Source: Octopus vulgaris (lineage: Eukaryota). From it: 64,000 nucleotides of DNA. The DNA lies in NCBI GenBank assembly GCA_951406725.2, contig OX597823.1, forward strand, positions 44,206,001-44,270,000, written 5' to 3'. The number at the start of each line of letters is the position of its first letter. The first letter of the stretch is position 1. A program made the position numbers and the translations under genes. The notes under the pieces are model-generated. The model saw only the letters and a program-made list of their open reading frames with translations, had not been told where the DNA came from and ran no database searches. Below are positions 39,371 through 53,469 of this stretch, in pieces.

Positions 39371-40188
39371 TATTAGATGCCCCTTGTTGATGTCAAGTCT
39401 TTCAGTCATCTCTCAGGAATATTTTTATTAAAAATATCACAGTGGTAAGTTGTTGGAGGGTTGAGTAACATATCTTCTTTCCTGTGTGAATATATTTATG
39501 GCTAGATATTTTCTTTGTGGAATGAATTTTCAGTGATAGTAAATACAGGAGAATAATTTGTACTACTTCATTTTCATTGGTATGTTTAGTAATTTTGTGA
39601 ATACTGTGAAGTAATTTATTAGATGTATCAATGAGTAAAAATGCATAAACAGAATTTGTTCAATAAATTTTATGAGTAAAATAATAAAAAAAAATCAATA
39701 AGTAGTATACTAGTTTCTTTCCTTCAGTCTCTGCCTTGTAAAATGCTCATTCATTGTCTTGTTTCCCAGATAAATATGATCTTCATTCTCTTAAGTCTTG
39801 CCTTAAGTGTTTTTATGATTTTTATGGCAGCTTCTCATAAATTTTTTTTTTTCTTCTTTTTTTTTTTGTAACTTGCAACATACTAAATGGATGTTTGCCA
39901 GTTTGTTGGAAGTGATTTCCCAAAAAAAAACTGGAAACCTCACACCTTACACAGTATGTCTCAATATTGATCTTTATGAATATTGATAACTTTCTCATCT
40001 GCGATCCTGGGGCACTTGCTGTATGTTGATAAAATTACTATATTACCCCACAGAAAAAGTAGCAATATTCATAAAATTATTAGTTATGTTGATGAGAAAC
40101 AGAAAAATTTATCTGATCATCAAAAATTAAGTAGTATATTTACTGCAATGCATTCACCACAAAAGGAATTTTTAAATTGATACAGTTA

Positions 40189-40299
<111 letters not shown>

Positions 40300-41544
40300 T
40301 TAACACTGTGAGAATGATTTACTACAGATATAATAGCGATTTGCCTTTTCTCCTCTATGAATACATTTGTGTGTAGTTAAGGTGTTTCCATGAGAGAATG
40401 ATTTATTACATACATCACAGTGATATGGCTTCTCCCCTGTATGAATGCGTTTGTGTTTCATTAAGTTACAGTTCACAGAGAATGATATACCACAAATATC
40501 ACAGTAATATGGTTTCTCTCCTGTATGAATACGTTTGTGAGCAGTTAAATGACTAGTTTCAGAGAATGATCTTCCACAAATGTCACAGTGATATGGTGTC
40601 TCTCCTGTGTGAATTCGTTTGTGTTTAGTTAAGTGATTTATTTGAGAGAATGATTTATCACAAATATCGCAGTGATATGGTTTCTCTCCTGTATGAATAC
40701 GCTTGTGAGTGGTTAAGTCACTACTTCCAGAGAATGATTTACCACAGATGTCACAGTGATGTGGCTTCTCCCCAGTGTGAATGCGTTTATGAGTGGTTAA
40801 GACACCAGTTTGAGAGAATGATTTACCGCAGATATCACAGTGATATGGTTTCTCTTTTGTATGGATACGTTTGTGAATATTTAAAATACCACTTTGAGAG
40901 AATGTCTTATTACAGATCTCACAGTGATATGGTTTCTCCTTTGTATGTATGCGTTTGTGAGTAGTTAAACTATCACCTCGGGAGAATGATTTACCACAGA
41001 TATCACAATGATATGGTTTCTCTCCTGTATGAATATGTTTGTGAGTAGTTAAGGTATTTCCATGAGAGAAAGATTTACCACAGATATCGCAATGATATGG
41101 CTTTTCTCCTGTATGGATGTGTTTGTGAGTAGTTAAGGTATTTCCATGAGAGAAAGATTTACCACAGATATCACAGTGATATGGTTTCTCTCCTGTATGA
41201 ATGCGTTTGTGAGTAATTAGGTTCCCATTTACAGAGAATGATTTACCACAAATATCACAGTGATATGGCTTCTCTCCTGTATGAATATGTTTGTGAATGA
41301 CAAGGTTACCTTTGTGAGAAAATGATTTGCCACAAATATCACAATGGTATGGCTTCTCTCCTGTATGAATATACTTGTGAGTAGTTAAAGAGTTTATCTG
41401 AGAGAATGATTTACCACAGATATCACAGTGATAAGGCTTCTCTCCTGTATGAATACGTTTGTGAGCAGTTAAGTTACTTTTACCAGAGAATGCCTTTTTA
41501 CAGATGTCACAGTGGTATGAGGATTTTCCTATCTCTTTTGGCAT
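40300..41544 (-). CDS. C2H2 zinc-finger protein D, 414 aa, 14 fingers; shortened at both ends relative to paralogs
   Basis: C2H2 array; in-frame TAA at 41569-41571 within the homologous N-terminus; one stranded finger at 40190-40285; acceptor tttcag at 41918. Confidence 0.88.
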   Translation of the reverse strand: MPKEIGKSSYHCDICKKAFSGKSNLTAHKRIHTGEKPYHCDICGKSFSQINSLTTHKYIHTGEKPYHCDICGKSFSHKGNLVIHKHIHTGEKPYHCDICGKSFSVNGNLITHKRIHTGEKPYHCDICGKSFSHGNTLTTHKHIHTGEKPYHCDICGKSFSHGNTLTTHKHIHTGEKPYHCDICGKSFSRGDSLTTHKRIHTKEKPYHCEICNKTFSQSGILNIHKRIHTKEKPYHCDICGKSFSQTGVLTTHKRIHTGEKPHHCDICGKSFSGSSDLTTHKRIHTGEKPYHCDICDKSFSQINHLTKHKRIHTGETPYHCDICGRSFSETSHLTAHKRIHTGEKPYYCDICGISFSVNCNLMKHKRIHTGEKPYHCDVCNKSFSHGNTLTTHKCIHRGEKANRYYICSKSFSQC

Positions 41545-42329
41545 CTCTTCAGGAAAGAAATCAATCCTTTAAGTTTTACACATAATTTCTTTACAATTCC
41601 CCACAATGCATAGTATATTCTTTATCTTTCGAATTATTTTTCATTGCTGTATTTCCACCAATCACGAACTTTATGAATATCTGGAGATGTGGCAAACTCC
41701 TTAATAAATATTTCCAAGTTTAATTAGAGAACAAAATCATTTTATACATATCCCAGATAGTGTGGAACAAAAATCTCAGTTTAGAAGAAATATTTCAATC
41801 ATTGTGCATAGATTATATCTGTCCAGAATATCAACTTCCTTTAGTCTTTAAAAGATGATAAATATTGATGATGCATCTAAGGTGAAAACTTCTCCAATTC
41901 CAATGACTTCTGATATTCTGAAATGTGAGAGAAAACAGCATGAGATATCAAGGATACTTAAAACCAAGATTTGCCAGTAGAAATTTTACAGTATAATTTC
42001 TATATTGATAAATTGTAGATGTAAACTTTTACAAATGAACTTATCAAATGTTTCTATCTGTGTTCAAAGTATGTGTGTGTGTGTGTGTGCATTATATATA
42101 TAAAACAGAAGTACTGGTGTCTATTTATCCAACTAGAAGCACTCATGGCTGCAGTCTGATGACCGAAACAAGTATAAAAGATAAAAACATACATATTGGA
42201 TTGTATATGTTTAGTCCACTACAGGTTGAAATTCTCAGCATGTTCCTTCCACCAACTATAGTCTGATGTGGAGACCATAAATTTGAGCTTGAGACCTACT
42301 ATGCAACACTGACACAACAAAGGGGTGCA

Positions 42330-42490
42330 CTTTTTATACTCTTACCCAGGAGAAATTAAGTTGATTATACTGCCCCCAAAAGGATTGAAGGTAAAGTTGA
42401 CCTCAGCAGAATTTGAAGTAAGAACATAAGGACAAACAAAACACAACTAAGCATTTTGCCCAATGTGTTAATGATTCTGCCAGCTCGCTT
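42330..42490 (-). mobile_element. Nin/Deu-like SINE (diverged)
   Basis: gaaggtaaagttgacctcagcagaatttgaa...ttctgccagctcgc. Confidence 0.65.
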
Positions 42491-42529
42491 TATATATATA
42501 TATGTTTATATATACATACACACACACAT

Positions 42530-42960
42530 TCTTTTAGCCATCTGACTGCAGACAAACTGGAGCACTATTGGAAGGGTTTTAATTGAACAAATCAACCTCA
42601 GGAATTATTTCTTTTTAAGCTTTGGACTTATTCTATCAGTCTTTTTTGCTGAAGTGCTAAGTTATGGGGATATAAACACACCAACACCAGTTGTCAAGCG
42701 GGGATGGGGGGGAGGGACAAACACAAACAGGTCTTACACACACACACATATATCTACATCTATCTATATATATATATATATATGTATGTGTGTGGGTGTG
42801 TATACACGACGGGTTTCTTTCAGTTTCCGCCTATGAAATCCACTCAGAGTTTGGTTGGCTCGAGGCTATAGTAGAAGACACTTGCCTAAGGTGCCACGCA
42901 GTGAGACTAAACCTGGAACCATGTGGTTGGGAAGCAAGCTTCTTATAACACAGCCACTAC
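42530..42960 (-). mobile_element. CORE-like SINE
   Basis: Reverse complement similarity to 38987-39370. Confidence 0.8.
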
Positions 42961-44720
42961 AACTGCGAAAACCACAATAATTTTTTTTTTTGGGGGGGGG
43001 GGGTGATTACGAACCTTTCTTGATTAAGTTTTTGTAATTTTAGTCACTCAGATCCAGTCATGCTTTAGCGACACAGTGGAAAGCATTATGTTTTTTTTTG
43101 GGGGGGGGGGGAGGCTGGTTCCAGAACAGAATATTACAACGAACACAGGTACTTACTAATTTTTTGAGAAATTAATAAAAACGTTACACAGCATTTTAAA
43201 GATGAAAAGATTTAATGAAAGAAAATGAAAATAAACAAATTAACATTTTCAATGAAATTTTATGATGCACGGCAAAACATCTGTAAATCTTAGTTCTATG
43301 AGGATATACACAAATAAACTGAATTTTCGAAATGAAAACGGGGACCACTAATCATTGCGCAATAATACAAAGGAAGACAACTCTCATTATAATCCTTTTT
43401 TTTCCCTAAAAACAGCGCACTCGTACTCCATAGCTTTTCTTGATTTAAACTATTATATAACACTATGCGTTCATAACAGGTATTACATAGACATTCAACA
43501 GTGATAGATTATTCATAGTTTACCTACCCTCTGACTGACGTAAAATATCGAGTGAATAATTTAATATATTTATAATACATACCAATATAGTATGATAGCG
43601 ATTTACATAATACGACCTCATAAGGTCAAATTTAAATTCTATGAGATTCAGTTAATAACTCGAAACAACTTTCAGTAAAAATCCTTACCCCGCCCTTTTG
43701 CTCCTAAAGGGTAATTCAGGAAAATTATAACATAGAGAGGAACAACATTGGTTGTCGAACTATTTCGTACGTCTGACAGATTTGCTTTTCAGCGAAAGAA
43801 TTCCAGTTTTTCAGACTTTCGCTTCAACTCCTACATACAGTAGCTACAAATAAAAATGATATCATTTTAGAGGGAGAAATAGTAAAAATGTGGAGGTTCC
43901 TAAGCAAAGAAGTATTCAACCAGAGATATCTGTTTCAATTGGTGTATGTTTCTGGGTGCAGAGAGATATAGTAGTACGATGCTTGAGACTGCACTGATTC
44001 TTATGTGAAAATTGTGGAGGGAAACTCAATGAAAGGCACAATACTACAGAACTAGATGAAATCTGCAACAAATATTCAACGATGAATTACAAAACTGTAA
44101 CATTCGAAAGAGATCTTTTCACGAAATTATAGTCAATAAAAAAAAAAAGTGGGGTAGATGATATAATTTCTTTTTACTGTTATTCCTAACAGGTCGAGTG
44201 ACAAAAAGCTGAAGGGTAAGAAACTAAAATTAAATATCAAACGAAAAGCGACTCGGCTAGAGCCGAAATTATCGTATAGACTTCAGTAAAATTCACTCCC
44301 ATGGAACAATCGACGCTCCTGTCATTGCGCAAGAATAAATATATTCTTTATATCTCATGAAATAGTTCACCCTGAATTTTTAAAATTTATAAATCAACAT
44401 TCTCAGTCTGAAAGTTTATCCTTTACGTAAAAATTAGGACGAAGAAACATCTATTTGCATTGTAAAATATAAAATGATTATAGAACCATTTATCTTACTC
44501 ATTCCTTCAGTATTTCTACCTTTTCTCAAAGCTTCGTCCTTATTTATTAACATAACTTAATTTTTAATTCTCTCTTTTATTTCCAAGTTTATATCACGGT
44601 GGTACATACTTGAAACTGGAATCTAGTTGTTTTCACATCTGTTTAAATACCTTATCCTTGGAGGGGAACATAATTCTATTATTCACACATTAGAGTTTTG
44701 AAGTAAATCTGTTAACTTAC

Positions 44721-44920
44721 GGTTTTCAGATAAAAACAAACCAGTTAGTGTCTGAGTAGAACAAGACGTCAATATTTTATCATAGCTGGTCGCTTTTTGT
44801 AAAAGTTGCTTCCCTTCGTTTGATTTAATTCTTCAATCATCCGCTAGGGTAGAAAATATTGATTTTAAGTTTGTTGAAATTCTCATTGATCTCGTAAACT
44901 TCAATTTTGACTTAAGTAAC
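44721..44920 (-). promoter_or_regulatory. Putative non-coding first exon of ZNF D
   Basis: Donor region tctgaaaacc|gtaagttaacagatttacttc matches tctgataacg|gtatgttgtcatgtatttactt of the ZNF B exon; 5' extent uncertain. Confidence 0.45.
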
Positions 44921-44929
44921 ACCATTTTT

Positions 44930-45167
44930 GGTAAAATTACAGATTAACACCCGCACGATTTTCACTAAGAAAAAAAAAAAACTCGGATTTTTTGCGTGGA
45001 ATCAAGTACCCTGACCTCCTAATATGCTGCAAATCCCATATTTTGGTTCGAAATTGGTCCGGAGAGGGAGGGGTGGTAACCCCCCACCCGGAATTTTCAC
45101 ACAAAAAAAAATCTGATTTTTTTTTTTCTTAGTGAAAATCGTGCGGGTGTTAATCTGTAATTTTACC
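44930..45167. mobile_element. MITE with ~65-bp TIRs
   Basis: ggtaaaattacagattaacacccgcacgattttcactaag and its exact reverse complement; 8-bp TSD ccattttt/ctattttt. Confidence 0.85.
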
Positions 45168-45809
45168 CTATTTTTTACCAACTTGCAACAGTCAGTACAT
45201 TAAATGCTTGGTTTGATGGATCCCTATTTAATCGATTTTTGCGAATTCTACACACGAAAATTCACAAGACTGTGAACAAAAGATTTAATAGTTCGAAATT
45301 TTTTTTAAAATGTTTTAATTTTTCGTTTTTTTTTTTTCTTCTTTTAAATCAGTTCGAATTTTTAGCTTAAATCCCAGCAAAATATCATTAAGTGTTTAAG
45401 GGAGAAAGATATCGAAAAACATCAATACGTCAGGCTGACAAACGAGGGTGTTATGAGATGTGCTAAAATTAAGTCAAATAGCCCTTAAATCATGCTGCAA
45501 TTTTTTGTGGGGTGGGATAGGATGTTGCATAATCGTATGAATTCCCGTGTGTAGAATACAAATTCGCAAAAAAAAAAAAAATTCCTGAAAATTACAAAAA
45601 AATAAAAAAGCTATGAGGGTTTATATGCTGCACGAAAAGCAAAATTCTGTCAAAATGAAACTTATCCGTCGAGATAAATGAGATGGCGAAATTCTGATTT
45701 AAGCATACTATATTACATGCGAGCATGAAAAGTAATATTCTTAAGATTATAAACCTGGAAAATGTACAGGACAAGTTATTACACCTGGAAAAGTTGAGGA
45801 CAAGCTATT

Positions 45810-46109
45810 CTAATAAAGTTAAGAATAATATTTTTCTTCGCAAATGTAAATAAACCCAATCTGTTTCTTAAACAAGGGACATATTCATACAGCACGGAAT
45901 CTTTTCACCCCAAATGGAGGTCAGTGATTGGTTAAAATTGCCGAAATGCTCGAAATTTCAGACGAAATATCTTACAAACTATAGAATTTTCTCAATAAAG
46001 CCAAGAAAAAATGATGTTTTATAAACACATTCTACCAGTATACGAAGTTTAAAAGTGTTTAGTTAACTAGAAATGGTGTTGACATCTGCCGTTCAAAAGG
46101 AAAAGATCC
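45810..46109. mobile_element. Truncated non-autonomous DNA transposon end (Merlin-like terminus)
   Basis: Ends ...gccgttcaaaaggaaaagatcc (GG terminus on the minus strand); no partner end seen. Confidence 0.4.
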
Positions 46110-46112
46110 TTT

Positions 46113-46330
46113 TACTACTTAAGAAGAGTGGTCCCGGTGCGCGCACTTGCTTACTCGCGCATCCGCGCTAGCTAGTCGTGACTAGTCGATCCTACAACGA
46201 CTACCTAGCAAAGTAAATAAAACACAAAATAAATAATTTTTTTACACAAAGTAAATAAAACACAAAGGATCGACTATTCACGACTAACTTGCGCGAGTGC
46301 GCGCACCGGGACCACTCTTCTTAAGTAGTA
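46113..46330. mobile_element. TA-flanked palindromic MITE
   Basis: tactacttaagaagagtggtcccggtgcgcgcact and exact reverse complement, plus an inner inverted block and a duplicated caaagtaaataaaacacaaa. Confidence 0.85.
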
Positions 46331-46444
46331 CCGGCGTTGAAATACGTACAAACCCCAAAAGGCTGTAATCTTTACTATATATGTTTAAAAATATATTGTG
46401 TGTATATTAATTGGGGTACCATGAATATACACATACCACAAATA

Positions 46445-46641
46445 CGTATGGAAAATGTAGCTGAAAATATAAGATCACCTTTACTGTGTCGCGATACGAA
46501 GATATGGCTAAAAATAAAGAAGCACATAAACATTCAAGTTGAGAGAAGTTGATGAAAACTTCGAACTTCAGACCTTATTACGAGGTAATTTCTGTAGTAA
46601 TTTGGTGAAAAAATTAAACTTTCTGTTTACAGCTTATATAT
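46445..46641 (+). promoter_or_regulatory. Fourth copy of the ZNF-type first exon, with no ZNF coding exon downstream in the window
   Basis: gatacgaagatatggctaa...gaagttgatgaaaacttcgaacttca...ctgtttacagcttatatat|gtaagttgacttatatttatt is colinear with 23355-23560. Confidence 0.6.
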
Positions 46642-48135
46642 GTAAGTTGACTTATATTTATTTTAAACTTGCAATAATCTGTGTAAATAACAGAATTACG
46701 TTCCTCTTCAAGTATACATCGATTCTATAGAAATGAAAGCATATTCGAATGACCACGTTGACGATTTCTCTTTGACTGGTACGAGTCTGTTGTTACTTGT
46801 TTAGCCACAGGTCTGCTATTATTATTCAGGTTTTAATCTGCTTTTTTCGCTCCAGTTCACTGCTCGATACTTTGGGTAATATCCGAACTTAGCAATGCTT
46901 GTGAGTGAATTTGAGAGGAAACTGAAGGAAGGTCGTCGTGTGTGTGTGTTCGTGTCTCTGTATTTGTTCCCCTCTCCCCCGCTTGATAACTGGTGTTGGT
47001 TGGATTTAGGGGTTTGGCAAAAGACACCTATAAAATAAGTAACATGTTTGAAAATGTGTGGCCATTTTATTTGACTAAACCGTTTAGGGCGTTTCCCTAG
47101 CAATGGCCGTTGTGGAATGATTGAACAAGTATAAATGGCGACAGCTATGCATAAAGGAAACTGTGCTGAATTTAGACCTAGGTCATCTCCATCCATGAAC
47201 GTCTCAATTTTCAGGTAGCATATTACGGATTACAGTATTCAGTGTATATATATATTTATAAACAATTTAATAAATAAAACATGCATACATACATATATGT
47301 ACATACCTACATCTATATGTATATATACATGCATATATGAGTACAGGACACCACAAATAAACGAAAACATAAAATCAAACAGACGGGGCGGCGCCGGCAA
47401 CGGCCACGATCGGATGGTTCGCTTAACCACAGCTGCAACTTCCACTGATGTTGATCGGCCTCAATTTTGGTTCTGCTTTCTGATATCTGATTTGATTTGG
47501 TTTGATTTTCATTTTGATTTTGATTGTTCTCACTGGTCTTGCCGGGTCTTCTCACGTACAGCATACTTCCATAGGTCTCGGTCTCTAGTCATTTCCTTGG
47601 TGAGACCTAAAGTTCGAAGGTCGTGCTTCACCACCTCGTCCCAGGTTTTCCTGGGTCTACCTCTTCTACAGGTCCCATACACACACACACATGCACACAC
47701 TTGTGTGTGAGCAAAAGTAGCATAAAGTTGGTTAATAAGTAGACTATTCTTTTCATTTCTCTATTTCTGGAAGGGGGAAGTAATATTGAGGTGGGATTCT
47801 GTGCCATTGGAGAAATGAAAGGTATAGATGGACAGAGATAGTTATTTTGCTGTAAAGTAGGTACATGGATACTCCGGTTGGAAAAGAAAGAGTGGGCTGG
47901 GAGAGATGAGGGCAAAGATGTGATATGACATTGGGGTTTGAGAAAGTAGGTGAGGTGATACAGAAATTCGGACTGAGTGAGTGGGTAGGATTGAGATGAC
48001 TAGCAAATGATGGAGGGAAATATGAAAGAGGCTTAGGAGCTAGGGTTTGACAACTATCAAATTAAGTGTATGACATGGGGATACAAGTTGCTAAAAAATT
48101 GTGCATGTTGATATATATATATGTGCGTGCACACA

Positions 48136-48700
48136 TATGGATGGGCAAAAGTAAGTATACATTTGTTTAATATGAATGAAATGTCCTTTTCATTTCTCTA
48201 TTTCTTTTTTGAGGATAAAATTCTGTGTTTTTTTAACTAATTCTTTCTATAATAAAATAATAATTTCTAATTTCAGATATTCATTATATGGCTGGAAATT
48301 TGACCAATGAGGAACGGAAATGGATCCTCAAACAGTACTGGAAAACCGGGAATGCAGAGCTGGTTAGACAGAAATGGACTGAAGAATTTCAAAGACCAGC
48401 TCCATCAAGATTAACAGTATATAGAATACGTAATAAATTTGAGCAGACTGGGTCTGTCTGCAATGCGCAGAAACGCGGTCGACCAGTCAGTGTTACCACT
48501 GAAGAAAATAAGATTCTTGTGGCTCAAGCATTTACCCAAAGCCCCCAGAAATCAAAAAAGAGTACTTCCAATGAACTAGGCATCTCTCGCAGATCCCTTG
48601 GTCGACTTATGAATCGATTACCTAAAAAAGAAATAGAGAAATGAAAAGAATATTCTACTTATTAACCAACTTTGTGCCTACTTTTGCTCACACTCATGTA
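48136..48700 (+). mobile_element. Internally deleted Tc1/mariner-superfamily element with HTH-only ORF (48288-48644, DUF4817-like)
   Basis: ~70-bp imperfect TIRs; PSRLTVYRIRNKFEQTGSV...RGRP..V...SPQKS....S.ELGISRRS. Confidence 0.8.
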
Positions 48701-49769
48701 TGTGTGCATGTATATATATGTATGTGGTGACATGTAGGTATATTCTTTATAAATATTTGTGTAAGTATATTGTGTATTGGTGTACCTGTCTAACTTTATT
48801 TTATTTCATGACATCTGTATATGAGAATGTGTATGGGACATCATCATTCTTTAACGTCTGTTTTCTGTGTTGGCATGGGTTGGAGAGTTGCATCAGGTTC
48901 CTGTTAGATTTGCCTTGGTTTCCACAGTTGGATGCCCTTCCTAATGCCAACCACTTTATAGTGTGTGCTGGGTGCTTTTACATGGCGCTGGCATGAGTGC
49001 ATTTTGCATGGCACCAATGCAGAACTCTTCCGAGCCAATCCACTTCACATTTCTTAACATTTCTGCTGTGGAGGATGGATATTCTTGTGTATAATGAATC
49101 ACAAACAGTTCTGTATATGATATTTTGTTTTTGTTTCACTTTCTTGTCACTCCATCTCTCTCATCTCCCCACTCATATTATCTTCTTTAAACAAGGTATG
49201 TCAAACCTGTCTCTGGGCCACATTGCTGACACATTGAAAATATTTATCACCCAAGAGCTATCTGCAGCCACCCCATAGATCCATTTATTCAGATAAGGAA
49301 CTGACTTTCTTAAAACTGCACACCTTTTTACCTCGTTACATTCATTTGCAAAAGAGGCACAAGATTGGTTACTTCATTAATTCCCATTTGTTCTTCTCTT
49401 TCAACTGCTAAAATGTACAAATTTTTTCCTGTTTTCTCTTGGCAGATTCACTTCTGATCGATAGAAGTGCCTTTATTAGAACACCAAATAATTTATGTAA
49501 CACCTTAAGGTTCCATTATATGTATTTGGTGCTCCTTTTGAAGCGTGCGTAGTACATAATTACCTATTCCATTCTTTACATTTACAGACTTAATATCATC
49601 ATCATTTAATGTCCATTTTCCATGCTAGCATAAATTCGTGAGATCTGGACTCCTGCAGTCACAGTCTTCAAGTTTTAGCTCCTGCAAGTAATGGGGTTTC
49701 CATGGATGAAAATTCAATTCTTTGTTATTTTACATTCATGAGCTGCTTGACATGTTGATTTTTGCAGGC

Positions 49770-50139
49770 TGCGATTAAACGTTTCCTGCACTGTTGCGAC
49801 ATTCTCCGTTGATCGAGATGTGGTTAGCTGGCCACTTCTTGCATCGTTCACAGAGCTGTGGTCATCAGCTTTGCATGACAACTTTTTATTGTCTCTGGAT
49901 GTTGCATGCTTACCTTTCCATGCATGCCATCATCTCTGAACCAAAACAATGGAATTCCACACTTCATAGCATGCTGCTATTTTAGCTTGCTCCTGAACAG
50001 TCAAGTAACCAACTATCTGGAAAATAAGAAATCCTCATTAATGTTGTCTATTTAAAAGATGTTATCGTCATGATTTTTCAGTGATACTAATAAATTGTAA
50101 GCAATTTCTAATGCCTCGTTACTTTCCATCCACCCTGTA
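49770..50139 (-). mobile_element. Tc1-like 5' fragment
   Basis: Minus-strand terminus tacagggtggatggaaagtaacg; decayed GSV.DARSG.L.TSRSTENVATVQETFNRS motif. Confidence 0.6.
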
Positions 50140-51120
50140 GTTGGTTTTATCAAGGCAGTTCTCTTAGTTAGGTTCTAGTTGCTTTGTGTTTTGTGATGAA
50201 ACTTTTGTGATATGTATTCTGTTATATTTCCTATATTTGATTATATAACATTACGTTCTTACAGCATATCTATTAATGTCCATTTCCCATTTTGATAAAA
50301 ACAGACAAAAAAATACAAGCATTAAAAAAATGAAGCAAAAACGATTTTGACTCTTCACATGATCTGTTGTTATGATAGTTGTACTTCACCCACCACCTCT
50401 CACAAATCCTCAATTTTTTAAATTTATTTTTACTTTATTTTCAGTATTAAAACAACTTAAATACATGGTCACTATACTAAACAGATCAAACCTTACTGAT
50501 TACCTTCAAGATTTTGCTGTCAGTAAAAAATTTCACAAAATGTTCAAGAGACAGTTAGAACAGCATATCAAATATTGGAAATATAATAGAATATATATCA
50601 CATTGTAAACTTGCACACAATGTAATAATTATCATAAACTAATGTTATTGGTGAGATGTGTTCTTATTTTGGTTTACAGACTGCAGTGTGTTGTGTGAAG
50701 ATAACCTGGCCACTGTGAAATTCTGTCCATGTGGATATAACTGGATATGGGAGGAATATTCCAAAATTAAGCTTAAAGGATCCTCAAGTATGAACAGCCT
50801 GTAACTAACAAAAGTGAATTTGGTAAGCATACTATTTGATGATCTGTCTGTTTCTCTCATTGACTTTATGTTGCGGTATAATGTACTTCTGACAGTTAAC
50901 TTTGGATTGAATGCCAAATACAAGTTTATTGAATAAAGCTTTGGTGGGAGTCTAATGTGTATATGACATAATGAAAGTATAAAGTATATATGAATGAATA
51001 AAAATATAAGGAATAATGAAAGAATATGAGTGACAAGGAAGAAATGTTCAGAAAAAGAAAAAACAAAATTAGTTTATGGCCAAAATTTAGTGAAAATCCT
51101 AGAGTAGTTATCAGCTTTTA

Positions 51121-51921
51121 TGAGGGGTACCCAAAAGAAACCAGAATTTTGCAATGTTATTTTACACTCTTATCATCTTCAAAGTATTCTCCATTTGAAG
51201 CAATGTATTGGTCCAGGCACATTTTCCACAATTCAAAGCAGTGCTGGAACTTTTGCGAAGTAATTCAACACCTCTGTGTTTTTTTTTCCTCGCCTCTTCC
51301 ACATCTGCAAATTCCGTAACACCAGCTTTCGTTACCAGTGATGACCTTCTAAAAAAGGTCTGGATCAACTTACAACTGTTTTATCAGTTCACGACACACA
51401 TTCAATCGAGACTGCTTTTGATCTTCTGTGAGCAAGTGAAGCACAAATTTTACTGAAAGTCTTCATTCGCAATTCCTTGCTCAAAATTCGTTAGCAGGTG
51501 CTCCAGGACATACCAGTCATTCAAGTTTGTCAGTTGTTCAATGATGGTCCTCCAAGATAAGTTCATGAATTTTCATGATGATTTTGTTCATTTGGGAGGT
51601 TGATGGATGCCCTGAATGAAGTTGGTCTTCAAGTGACCATTCCTAAATGGCAGTGTCCTTGTGTACTGTTTGAAATGTAACTGTTTCAGCTTCCATTTTC
51701 CCCAGTAGAAAACAGAATTTCAAAGAGGCATGCTATTACTTCATTTCAGCTATTGCGAAAATTGATGAACATGGGAGAAGCACTACAAAACAAAGATGCA
51801 CCACATGGCAGTATGACTGATGCTTGAAGGTTGCCTTGAGTGGCTTCTAGTGGCAGAAACCTGAACTACAACAAGTTTGTCCCACAGAGAATGTTTCTGG
51901 TTACTTTTGGGTACTCCCTTG
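51121..51921 (-). mobile_element. Non-autonomous mariner with both TIRs and TA TSD
   Basis: ta|tgaggggtacccaaaagaaaccagaa ... ttctggttacttttgggtactcccttg|ta; internal PDLF.RSSLVTKAGVT and W..RLDQYIASNGEYFE relics. Confidence 0.8.
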
Positions 51922-52342
51922 TATAGCCTCTTGTTGAAATGTAAGCATGAAACATGTCTAGACCTGTCATCACTTACTCTGAAATAAATTTAACATAAAC
52001 TGGAAGTATGATGTCAGAGGTTCTGTGACAAAATTGTAATGAGGATCATATATTCTTTATTTGGATTACATGCGATCTGTACAGATATCTAGTATTGCAA
52101 TGACATGTAGTTTAGTATTGTACTACATATATACTCCATTTCCAATACAATTAGATATTACGTAGTAAATTTCTTAGACATATATGTCAAAACTTTGTAG
52201 CATTAGTTTGTATCTTCTAAAATTTTACATCTTGTTACTTTGTATGTAATCCTACAGTCTTTGTTGAGTACAAGGCCGCATACCTATAAATTGGGATTAT
52301 TAACTACTAATGTATAGTATGATCTAGATATTATTATGTATT

Positions 52343-52615
52343 CATCATCATCATCGTTTAACGTCCGTTCTCCATGCTAGCATATGTTGGACGGTTCGAC
52401 CGGGGATCTGGGAAGCCAGAAGGCTGCACCAGGCTCCGGTCTGATCTGGCAGTGTTTCTACTGCTGGATGCCCTTCCTAACGCCAACCACTCCGTGAGTG
52501 TAGTGGGTGCTTTTTACGTGCCACCTGCACAGGTGCCAGGCGAGGCTGGCAATGGCCACGATCGGATTGGTGCATTTTACGTGCCACCAGCACGGAAGCC
52601 AGTCAAGGCGGCGAC
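52343..52615 (-). mobile_element. RTE-associated 3' repeat with (CAT)n end
   Basis: Reverse complement similarity to 26760-27080. Confidence 0.8.
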
Positions 52616-53469
52616 ATTTTAATTAGCTGGTCTTAAGTTGCATTAGTTATAAATGTGGTATAGTAGTGGTGATGGATTGCAATGTGAATAGTGCTACATA
52701 TTCCTTGTAACATTGTTCTTATATTAATAATGACATCAGAAAGACAGTTTTTGTATGTCAAAATCTCTACACAGAGATGTTACTTCTGTATCCTCAAATT
52801 TGCTGATATCTAGGTTCTCTCCTTTCTGATAAAGGGGTCACCAGAATGTTGAGAAACTATGATTTTCATATTAGGTTTGATGGCAATATTTTATGATGTT
52901 ATAGTTAGTTCTTGTGTACCATTTCAGATATTTTCAGTGCAGTAATGTGTAGATAAACAATTACATAAAGTTAATGAGTATTTGTGAAGCAAATATATTG
53001 TTTTAGGATGCTTACTGTTTCATTCCTTCTCACATGTATAGACTAATCAATGCTCAGTTGGAAGGACATATGGCATGCAAATGTCTTCAAATATTGCATG
53101 AATCAGATAGTATTCTGGTGAACTCTGGTGCTAACAGTTTAAACTAAAAATGATTAACAGCAGCAGATTAACAAGGGAAACAGTTGTATGCTTATCCTGT
53201 CATAACTTTATGTTAAGTTTGATGTTTAAAGCAGAGTATTGATTATTGAAGTATTGTAAGTATGTTGCAGATTTGGCTCATATATAATAGGGAAAGATGA
53301 AGCTTAGATAATTTATTCATTCATCCTTCAATGTAGTTGAACAATCATTCTCATCCATTAGGAATTCACAATATGGGTTGTACCATTCATTCTTCTGTTT
53401 GCTAAATACAAAATATGGCTCATAGAATCTCTGTTCAGATGATTTTTCCTGAGTTTCCATCTTGCCCTT

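Noticed and set aside
42156-42170. ctgatgaccgaaac hammerhead-like core
   Set aside because: No stem II; it is a variant of the SINE tail gtcaaatgactgaaac.
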